From: Eledone cirrhosa
Lineage: Eukaryota
DNA length: 64,000 bases
Assembly (NCBI GenBank): GCA_964016885.1
Contig: OZ024742.1
Span: 248,744,001 to 248,808,000 of the forward strand
Direction: 5' to 3'
Translations under genes and position numbers: made by a program
In this document: piece by piece, positions 54,715 through 64,000 of the stretch
Numbering within the stretch: the first letter of the stretch is position 1
Layout: the number at the start of each line of letters is the position of its first letter
Notes under the pieces: generated by a model
Database searches by the model: none
What the model saw: the letters and a program-made list of their open reading frames with translations, nothing else
Told to the model about the DNA's origin: nothing

Positions 54715-54780
54715 TATCTTATCTGATGAGGACGTACTGTTGAAATAGCTCAGTACCTCTGAAATATGTATAATAAAATA
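54715..54780 (+). ncRNA. Minimal type I hammerhead ribozyme (family C-related)
   Basis: tatcttat CTGATGA ggacgtactg..cagtacctct GAA atatgtat A ataaaata. Confidence 0.6.
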
Positions 54781-54822
54781 TATTTGATCACATGAATTTC
54801 TTTATGTATTAACATTTTAAAG

Positions 54823-54889
<67 letters not shown>

Positions 54890-54891
<2 letters not shown>

Positions 54892-55886
54892 GTAATAATA
54901 ATAAATTTGAAGACTCTATAATGATAATTATATATAAATACAATATATACATAAAAATATATAAAAACCGTAGAGCAAATATTTATTAAAATAACAGATT
55001 AATGTTTAACAAAGAATCGCTGCTTTCACCCGTAACGGGATCTTCTAAAACTAAAAAAGTCAATCTGTGAACGCAGAAGTAAATATTTCAAAAAACGTTG
55101 CAACGGAAGGATGACAGGAAGACGATACTTTGGTTCGTGGAAACGTTCCCTGGCAAAGAACGGAAAAAAAACGAAGATATTACGTCATTATTTTCTGTGG
55201 TGAAAACAATTACACGCAAAGACAAAACTACGTTTATGGTATAAATGAAGTCGTAGACTAATATTTTATTAGGTGGTTCATGGAGACGTTCTCTGGCAAT
55301 GAACGGAAAAAACGAAGATAATACGTCATTATGTGAACGATGAGAACAATTACACGCAAAGACAAAACCATGTAAATGGTATAACGGAAGTCGTAGACTA
55401 AAATTCTATTTAGGAAACCGAATGATTCTCGGCTTCAGATTAAGAATAACGTAAATAAAATCCAGAGGTAATTGAAATTAAATATATACAAACACGCATC
55501 CATATACGTACATGCACAAGCATACGCGATGAGTATGCAACACTCGCCATGGGTATGCAAATACAAGCACGTACACAATCATTCGGTTTCCTAAATAGAA
55601 TTTTAGTCTACGACTTCAGTTATACCATAAACGTGGTTTTGGCTTTGTGTGTAATTGTTTTCACCGCACCAATTAATGACGTATTATCTTCGGGGTTTTT
55701 TTCGTTCTTTGCCAGGGAACGTTTCCACGAAACAAAGTATCGTCTTCCTGTCTTCCTTCGGTTGCAACGTTTTTAAAATATTTACTTCTGCGTTCACAGA
55801 TTGACTTTGTTAGTTTCAGAAGATCCCGTTAAGGGTGAAAGCAGCGATTCTTTGCATAAACTTTAATCTGTTATTTTAATAAATAT
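54890..55886. mobile_element. Family A ~1-kb fold-back element (arms ~54978-55427 / 55577-55886; left arm has a ~140-bp tandem duplication)
   Basis: Long inverted repeats, (TA)n on both sides, hammerhead-like motif at 55812-55862. Confidence 0.9.
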
Positions 55887-55945
55887 ATATATATATATAT
55901 ATATACGATATTAACAAATAGAAACTATATTTATAAAACCATATC

Positions 55946-56010
55946 TATTTTATTATACATATTTCATGGATACCATGTAAAATTATGGTATGCTTTCATC
56001 AGACAAAATA
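55946..56010 (-). ncRNA. Minimal type I hammerhead ribozyme (family C)
   Basis: tattttgt CTGATGA aagc-atacca..tggtat-ccat GAA atatgtat A ataaaata. Confidence 0.65.
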
Positions 56011-56080
56011 CTTGTCGAGTGCTTTATATCAGTTATAAAAATATTTGCTTGTTGTATCCCAACAATTTAAATAGAACTTT

Positions 56081-56129
<49 letters not shown>

Positions 56130-56329
56130 GCAGTAGGAAAAATTAATAACAAAGCAAACGAAACACTACAAAGAAGAAATATAATATTTGTCTAATTTTA
56201 CATCACGGATCACAATCCACTCGTTCCCGGAGCAGAGTCTTATTTTGCGTCTTCGAACCAATTTCTCCCAATCGACTCAACTCTCCTCCCCAATTTCATT
56301 AATTTTATACACATACGCTTCATGCATAC

Positions 56330-56905
56330 ATCTCTACAACTTATCACTTTCCATTATTGAAACTGGTCCCAAGGCGGAAATCAGACTCTGCTCATTCCTG
56401 GTACGTGAGGCCTGTGATTCGTGATGTAAAAGGGCATCATGGACTGAGACATACAGGGAAGAGTAGCCTGGGATATGGAAATGACGAGCGAACGGGGTAT
56501 GCATACCGAGTCGTATGTCACTCAAATGTTCATCAACACGGACCGCGAAACGGCATCTTGTTTGTCCGATGTATAAGCACTCGCAAAGGGAATACCGGAA
56601 GACATACTATGTGGATGGATATGCAGGTGAAGGAGAGACGGATACGGAATGAACGATTGGTGCTTGTAAGAGTGGTGGACTAGAAATGAAGGGACATGTC
56701 TTACATCGGCGTCGCGAATAGGTACGAGAGCCGGGTGGTTACAGGCCCGCTTAAAGGCGGTGATTGGTGGGTTTGGAAAAAAGCGAAAAGTGACTGGCTC
56801 AAAAGAGAGAGTGCTAAAACAATGGATGATATGCCACAGGAGAGGTAGGGTGATAGGATGGTAGTTGAAGGGGGATGGAATGCGGGTGGTTTGGGAGAGG
56901 GCTCT
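56330..56905 (-). pseudogene. Penelope-like GIY-YIG remnant
   Basis: LCECLYIGQTRCRFAVRVDEHLSDIR..PFARHFH..RTRNEQSLISALG. Confidence 0.75.
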
Positions 56906-56926
56906 CTATATATTGTCATCTTGTTG

Positions 56927-57032
56927 AGGCGCGTAGCTGAGTGGCTAGAGAATTGGATTGGCAATCGCGAGGTTATGAGTTCGACTCCTGGATGCGTTAT
57001 GTCATTGGACAAGACACTTTATTTCACGTTGT
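56927..57032 (+). mobile_element. tRNA-derived SINE head (second family)
   Basis: A-box tagctgagtgg, B-box gagttcgactcc, core ttggacaagacactttatttcacgttg. Confidence 0.75.
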
Positions 57033-57240
57033 TCCTTCTACCTGGAGTTGCGACCGATACATAGTATTAGCAATTGGAAAGAGTAACGGAAACATTGCTT
57101 CCTCTGTCGGATTTGACGAAAGTCGATCGACTGTCGATTGTTATATTCGGGGATGTTCATGTTGCTAAAATTGCCAAAAGAATATCGCAGAACAAATATA
57201 TATATATACATATATCTATCAATCTATCTATCTATCTATC

Positions 57241-58140
57241 TGGCACCTGGCACCTCGAGTGCCTTCAGGCGCTCACAGCCCTCTACCAATCGGAAACGGC
57301 AATCAGCGGAGACTCCACTTCGACATTCTATAGGGGATTAGTAAAGGAAAAGTGCGACGACGTTCTCGGAGAAACTCTAGGCATCGAGGAAGACGAATTG
57401 ACCAGTCTGTTCGGGAGGACTTTCCGTCCAGGGCCTATGGATAACTTCCAGAGGTCTCTGGCCTGGCAGTGCTACCGAGGTCCTCTACCAGTTCGAGACA
57501 AAATCTACAGGCACGGACGCACTGGCAGAGATCCTGCCAAAAGGACCTGTCCAAGATGCGAGCAGGACATCGAAACCGTTCTGCACGCAATTGTTCAGTG
57601 CCCAGGGATGACCGACCTGTGGAATTATGTCGGACAGTTACTGTCTCGTGTAGGACGCATCCAGTTGTCAGCCGAATCCATCGTGAGGATCACTCCACCG
57701 CCTTCATTCAAGAATGAAGGAGAGGCGGTCTTCCTCTGTCTGGTGGCTATGGCGAAAGAGGTAATATGGTGGACGCGGTTAAAAGGACTGAGGGCAAGTA
57801 CCTTTCTCTCCGGACAACAACTCATCCCCTTCTTTAAGTACCACTTCAGAAGGAAGGTGAGAGTGGAGAGAGAGGTGCTACACCCCAGTAAATTCGCTGA
57901 AAGGTGGGTCAATGTGGGGGAAATGGCCCGAGTGCATGGGCCTTCTCTGTATATAAACCTGTAGGTTGAGGAAGATAAACAAAGGGAAGGCAGGAACACC
58001 TAAAAAACGTGTTCCTCTGGTGTTGAGGGTTGTTCTATCCACGAGTCGTAAAACAACCCTGCGGGAGCGTTACCGTCCCTCCCCCCTAATGGGGAGTTCA
58101 ATTGTTTTATTTTTTATATAGTTTATCGTTATTTATCATT
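57241..58140 (+). mobile_element. L1/Tx1-like LINE 3' end: ORF2 C-terminus (open to 57964) plus 3' UTR
   Basis: LAWQCYRGPLPVRDKIYRHG..CPRCEQDIETVLHAIVQC (CCHC zinc knuckle). Three homologous copies lie on the minus strand. Confidence 0.88.
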
Positions 58141-58157
58141 GTTAAAAATATATATAC

Positions 58158-58215
<58 letters not shown>

Positions 58216-58298
58216 TCCGGCTGTATGAAGAGTTAACTTAATATGTACCTTCCATATACTGTGTACCGATTGTGTTGTTATTTCTGTTTACCTTTTAC

Positions 58299-58354
<56 letters not shown>

Positions 58355-58357
<3 letters not shown>

Positions 58358-58541
58358 AAAGAAAGTGTGGTAAGAAACCAGGTGGACCATAACGCACCAG
58401 AGTACTCGATACTTAGGGTAGTAGAGTGGTAACAGCAAAAGAGTCAAGACCCCGACGGCGGATCTCTGGCCATTTCGACAATTCGGATCTAGCTGCCGAA
58501 ACGACCGGAACTTAGCCGTCGGGGCTCTGACTTTTTTCCTA
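58355..58541. mobile_element. Family B fold-back copy
   Basis: Homologous to 53175-53371 and 11597-11760. Confidence 0.85.
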
Positions 58542-58566
58542 TCTATCTATCTATCTATCTATCTAT

Positions 58567-58620
<54 letters not shown>

Positions 58621-58622
<2 letters not shown>

Positions 58623-58758
58623 CGAAGGAAATGTGGTAAGGAACCAGGTGGACCATAACGCACCAAAGTACTCAATACTTGAGGTAGTAGAGTGGGTAAT
58701 AGGAACCAGTAAGACCCCGACAGCTGAGCTCAAGCCGTTTCGACGGCTAATTCTGGAC
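58621..58758 (-). mobile_element. Family B copy
   Basis: Near-identical to 53176-53312. Confidence 0.9.
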
Positions 58759-58877
58759 TGCTTTCGCAATCTTCAGGTTCATGATATGTGGTGACAGTCG
58801 AGTTTGCAATTTTCAACTGTTGAAAATTGCAAACTCGACTGTCACCACATATCATGAACCTGAAGATTGCGAAAGCA
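58759..58877. repeat. Perfect palindrome, 59-bp arms, 1-nt centre (58818)
   Basis: tgctttcgcaatcttcagg..ttcaac-t-gttgaa..cctgaagattgcgaaagca. Confidence 0.97.
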
Positions 58878-58893
58878 TGAAAGTACTTGTCCA
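58855..58893 (+). ncRNA. Minimal type I hammerhead ribozyme
   Basis: tgaac CTGAAGA t-tgc-gaaa-gca-t GAA agtact T gtcca. GNRA loop II, palindromic AGUACU. Confidence 0.7.
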
Positions 58894-59030
58894 ATTAACA
58901 CTTAGAATTTAATATTCTATCATACTATTTCATTATAATACCATTATATATATTTTAAAGGATTGTAAATAAAACGAGTAAATCAGACAAAGTTGGAATT
59001 CCTCTTATTAATATATATATATATATATAT

Positions 59031-59237
<207 letters not shown>

Positions 59238-59939
59238 GGGGGAGGGGTGTTACATGTTCGTGTATATGAATGTTATATAATACAATGCTAGAGGAAATAC
59301 ACAGAGCGACACGAACACGGATATACTCTAATGCTAAATACCCGCAAACTAACAGGCACAGAAATGTGTACACCAATTCACATGTATAACATGATAATAT
59401 ACCTGATATTCCACACTTTACTTCCTATTATCTCTAAAACTATTATATATTCCTTCCATCCTAATCTATTCTTTTCTCGGTAGAGACATTTCAAAATTTC
59501 ATCATATTCTAAATTCTTATCCAAGAAGTACATGTCAAAAATGGTAAAGAACCAACCCATTGTCCACATCATACAGAATTTACACTGGAATTGATTTTGG
59601 TTTTGCATTTATACAATACTAAGAAAACATGATTTCATGAACATTTACGTATATTTATATGTATGTAAATGTTCATGTATGTATGTATGTATGTTCTTCT
59701 GGTTTTATAATTTTATAAATTTTTACCAGTAGAGAGAGTCGGTTTCTTACATATATACAAGACTCTCATTGGGAATAAAACAACATCAACTAGGTAGATA
59801 TATATGCATGTCTGCATGCATGTGTGTGCATGTATGGATGTATTGTATGTGTGGATGTGGATGTTTTGAGTTATATGTGTGCATGTTCATATGCTTTGCA
59901 TCTGTACATGTGCACATACAGTTATTAGATGCAGAATTT

Positions 59940-60830
59940 TTGGAATGTTTTACATATTTATAATGTTCCATTAATGGATCGTACTGGTAATTTCCTAACG
60001 AGTCGTGTTCTTTCTGTTTCTGTGAAAACCAGCTTCTCAAGATTTGTATTGAGGCAGTTACTAACATATCCCAGTGCCCCAATAATCAGAGGTGTAAATC
60101 TGAAGGTATAGTCAGGGTGGAGTATCTGCAGATTTCTCATTAATTCTGCATAAATATGCTCCTTTTCGCTAATCTTTAATATTATATTATATCTGCTGAG
60201 GAGCAAACATTCACTACTGTGCATGCCTTCTTTTCCCTGTATCATATCATTATATCTGGTCTGTTATGCTTACATTTTAGTTGGGTTTTGACTGGGATAT
60301 TTCACTAGTACTCTTTCATTTTATGTATCTCTATGTCTTCCACATTGCTGTAGCTTTTAATGTGTTCATTGGCTTTTCTACCGATTGGTCACTTCATCAT
60401 GCTTCATAGATAGATAGTACCGTGATGACATCTTTGGACAGCTGCTTATGACATGGGTGATATCTTCGCTGTTAATTCTGCAGAGTATGCACTTATTGTC
60501 ACATCTGGGTGTTTTGCCTGCATCCCCATCTCTTTTGTAAAACAAGTATTTTATGTTGATTTTCTGTTCTTGGATTGCAAAAAGTGGGAGCCAATATAGT
60601 GGTTATTGATCCACGATAGACCACTTTGCCTATCTATATTACTCTCACTCTGGAGCTTCCTGGCAACATATCCATGCATGATTCTTTGCTGATAAGCATG
60701 CAGTTTTCATCCATGGATTCACTGCGGTACTGCTGGGCAACTTCCTTTGGTATGAGTTTCGATTATCATGCAGGGAGTATCCCCCAAGGAGCTCCTCAAC
60801 TCCCATAATCCCAATTCACATTTCCTATAG
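59940..60830 (-). mobile_element. R4/Dong-like LINE C-terminal remnant (CCHC + REL endonuclease)
   Basis: CDNKCILCRINSEDITHVISSCPK and KEHIYAELMRNL..FTPLIIGALG. Confidence 0.75.
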
Positions 60831-61179
60831 TTTTTCGTAGGTCTTTTTTTCTATTTTAATTATATATGATGGTATTTTTGGTGATCTTTTGTTTTTGTTA
60901 ATATCTCTGCTATCACCAAGATAATGCTTCACGGTCATTGCTGGCGCATATAAACAGGTGTTAATTTGCAAAAAAATGTGGGAGTTTTAATTCGTCGTAA
61001 ATATTCATCCCCTATTTCGTCAATAGCACGTAAGATTTCATTATTTGGTTTTACTTTATTTAGTATCGTTGTTTTTTTTTACGTTCAGCAAGAGAAATGT
61101 TTATATATGAATTAATTTCTCTCTGGTAGATTTCGTTCGGGAAAAATTTCTATTGTTTATACAAAAATGTGTGCTTTTC

Positions 61180-62620
61180 ATGTCTCAGGCGTATGTTAGG
61201 GGTCCCAGAGCACACAATAAGGCCGCAGACAGTGAAGTTTTTCGTCGAATGTCCGGCTGAGTTGAGATGTCGGGTGGCCGGGGTCGGTTGCGGACGTGGA
61301 AGTCTCGGAGGTGCTCGGCGAAATGGTCGGTCTGTTGACGCCCACTCTTTCCGATGTAGAGAGCTCCGCATAGAGTTCAACGAAGCCTATAGACAAGGCT
61401 GGATGATTACCAGACTCGGAAGGATTGGCCATCGGAGAATGGTGGTATTGCATATGTAATTGCAAGTGAGGCAAATCCGGGAAAGGAATTGCACGGAATA
61501 AAAGGAGCTGTGGAGGTGCACACTTGAAAGAAGGGAAGACTGGGAGGGTAAATATGGTGAAGTTGAATAGGCAGTGGCGGAAATGTTGGAGGAGCGTAGT
61601 CCGCTGGAGGGGAAAAGTGGAGAGGTGGTAGGTAAATGCGAACTGGAATCGGCTGATGGTGGGGTTAGTGCGTGAGGTGAGCATGATGGAGCTGTCAATG
61701 CCACGGGTGCGGGTGAGAGCGACGTGGCCAAGGAAGGAGGATGCATCGCCGAGTGATGTGCCCAGCCATGTACTGGGCTTCAGCCTCAACGTCATGAGTT
61801 CGGCTGCACAGGAGGCGGAGGCGAATAAATTAGAAGTAGGGGATGGAATGTTTACTGTGGGTTGGGTGTGGTGAGGTAAAGTCGAGGCAGGATTGGGAGT
61901 CAGTAAGTATAAAGAAGGCGGGGTGATGAGGGAGCAATTGGAAGTTTCGACGGAGACGGAGATGTCCAGGAAGTGGACGGAGTTGATGATGTCGAGTGCA
62001 CGGTGGAAGATGCGGAGGAAAAAGAAAAAGGAGTCGAACTGGTCTGTGGTGAATGAGGTGAAGCTGATACCATCGTCAACAAAACGGCAGGTTTAGCTTG
62101 GAGGTGGTACCAGTGAATAGAGCAAAGATTTGGGCCTCAACGTAGCTGTCGAAAATGTTTGCGTAGCTGGGGTACTTTCATGTTCCCATGGCCAACGCGG
62201 TTAGCTGTTGATGGAACTTACCCGAGAAGAAAAAGCAGTTGAGAGTGAGGACCAGCTCGGCAAGGCGGGTGGAGGTGAAGCTGGAGAGTTGAGCGGAGGG
62301 GAAAAAGTCGAGGAATATTTGGAGGGCACGTAGGCCCTCGGCGTGGGGATAACCCTGTAAAGGTATTTAATGTCGACAGAGAAGATGAAGAGGGCGGTTC
62401 AAAGGGTGAAAAAGTCAAGGAGGCGGTGAGCGTGTTTGGTGTCAGATATGTCGGAAGGGAAGAGACTACTAGTGGTCCGCTACAGGCAGTTGCAGGTGAA
62501 GATGATGGGGCGGCCAGTGGTATCTGTGTTGTGGATTGGGGGTAGAAAATAGATGGTCGGTTGAAAGGGGGTGCGGACGATGAGGTTTATGGCGGTGGGG
62601 GAGAGGAGGTGGCGAGTTGC
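61180..62620 (-). pseudogene. Decayed Penelope-like RT
   Basis: PTIYFLPPIHNTDTTGRPIIFTCNC, ALAMGT..PSYANIF and RFVDDG motifs with many lesions. Confidence 0.75.
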
Positions 62621-62879
62621 CCTGCTGTGGGGGTTACTTGTAGCTGGGATGAGGGGTGACGGTAGAAGAGGGGGTTGCGAAGCTGTCGTAGAGTCTGCAT
62701 CGTTTAGAGGTTTGGGGCGCCACACAGCCACGGCACCCCGTTGTCCAACGGTTTGATGACAATGCTGTCGGAAGGGTGAGTTTGGGTTGAGGTTGGAGGC
62801 ATTGGGCTTGGAGTGGGTGGTGGGAGGTGTGTGTGTGAGAGAGTTTTTAAGTCAGTCTATGTATATGTATGTATATATG

Positions 62880-63500
62880 TAACGTGGGTGTTTCAACCTT
62901 ATATTTGTAGACAATGTTACTAGAGAGGCATTTCCCGGATAGGGGGCAATCAACCCGATTCCTACAATTACAGTTAGTACTAACTACAGAGTTGCACGTG
63001 TTCCTACGGCTAGGTTGTTTAGCTAAATTTGAAGCTGTGATGTTATGTGCAAGGTTAGAAGTCGTAGAGTAAGTCATTTTAATAGTATTTCTATTAAAAA
63101 TGTTACTATATTTATGTGTAGGGGGAAAATGCTTCGTAATAAGGGATAGAAAGATCTTAGCTAATGGTGTGGCCACCTCCATATTATATGGTGGGTTATA
63201 CCATATAATGCGACGGGATCTATTTCTTCTAGGTCTATTCTCGTACTCAGCATATGCTACCTTATCGACAAATCCACTCCGAGCAAGAGCTTCATTGTAA
63301 TAAGTGGAATGGTCGTTGAAAATATGCTCGTTAGTAGATAGACGGGAAAGCCTCAACAAAACGTTTCTTACCAGGTTCTTGGTTATGCTGGCAGGATGGT
63401 TGGAATGCTTAATTATGTAATTAAGCGTATCATTCGGCTTTCTATACGGGTAATACAAGCCATTTGATAAATTGAGGGTAACGTCGAGGTAATTAACGAC
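62880..63500 (-). pseudogene. Penelope-like fragment (RT thumb, linker, Cys-rich start of endonuclease)
   Basis: VNYLDVTLNL..YYPYRKPND..SNHP..RRIIWYNPPY..IFNRNTIKMTYS..CNCRNRVDCPLSGKCLSSNIVY. Confidence 0.85.
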
Positions 63501-63527
63501 TGTATAGAGAGGTTGAAGCCTTTAAAG

Positions 63528-63677
63528 CCGTTAAGGGTGAAAGCAGCGATTTTTGCTTAAAATTTAATCTGTTATTTTAATAAATATTTGCTCTACGGTT
63601 CTTATATATTTGATATATATTTATCCTTATCGGGCCCTCTTTGGATTTTAGTCTTCAAATTTTTTATTATTACTCTA

Positions 63678-63680
<3 letters not shown>
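63528..63680 (+). mobile_element. Family A copy truncated at stem II, (TA)n tail
   Basis: Begins ccgttaagggtgaaagcagcg and aligns to 72-220. Confidence 0.85.
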
Positions 63681-63717
<37 letters not shown>

Positions 63718-63855
63718 TATTTATTATTGTATTATATATGACGATAGATTAACGGAACCATAGACTCTCGCCATTCCCTGTCAATAATGTGTTCAAAGGA
63801 GAAGGAATCCTGACCTCTTTAAAATACAATATCTTGAAAAGGTAACACACTAGAG

Positions 63856-64000
63856 AGAGAGATAGTACGCCATCAATAAAACAGGGAAAAAACACCAGTG
63901 TATGGAATCTATAACCTATGAAAGCAGGGTAGACACACGGTTATTAAACATATAAATTAAAGTGTTTTTCCCTGTTTTATTGATGGCGCACTATCTCTCT
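63856..64000. repeat. 40-bp inverted repeats (63856-63895 / 63962-64000)
   Basis: agagagatagtacgccatcaataaaacagggaaaaaacac and its reverse complement. May extend beyond the window. Confidence 0.9.

Overview
This is AT-rich eukaryotic intronic or intergenic DNA. It is dominated by (TA)n/(CA)n/(GA)n microsatellites, tRNA-derived SINEs and decayed retroelements, a repeat landscape most consistent with an octopus/cephalopod genome (inference). Almost all ORFs in the track are microsatellite artefacts. The real coding remnants are: one near-complete, disrupted Penelope-like element (30188-34152; RT plus GIY-YIG, ~770-bp inverted pseudo-LTRs, a hammerhead in each); four more Penelope fragments; L1/Tx1-, R4/Dong-, RTE- and CRE-like LINE fragments; and a possible hAT remnant. 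There is also a non-autonomous Helitron and one candidate 75-bp host exon. The most striking signal is a dense, multi-family population of short elements sitting inside (TA)n tracts, many of them fold-back palindromes. They carry minimal type I hammerhead ribozyme motifs: about 20 loci read by eye, of which roughly 8 have an intact CUGANGA/GAAA core. Recurrent core variants include a compensatory U3:A8 core (UUGAWAA) at six loci and a CAGAAGA core in one family. Truncation and fold-back breakpoints cluster at hammerhead stem II. All structures were derived by manual inspection; no searches or folding computations were run.
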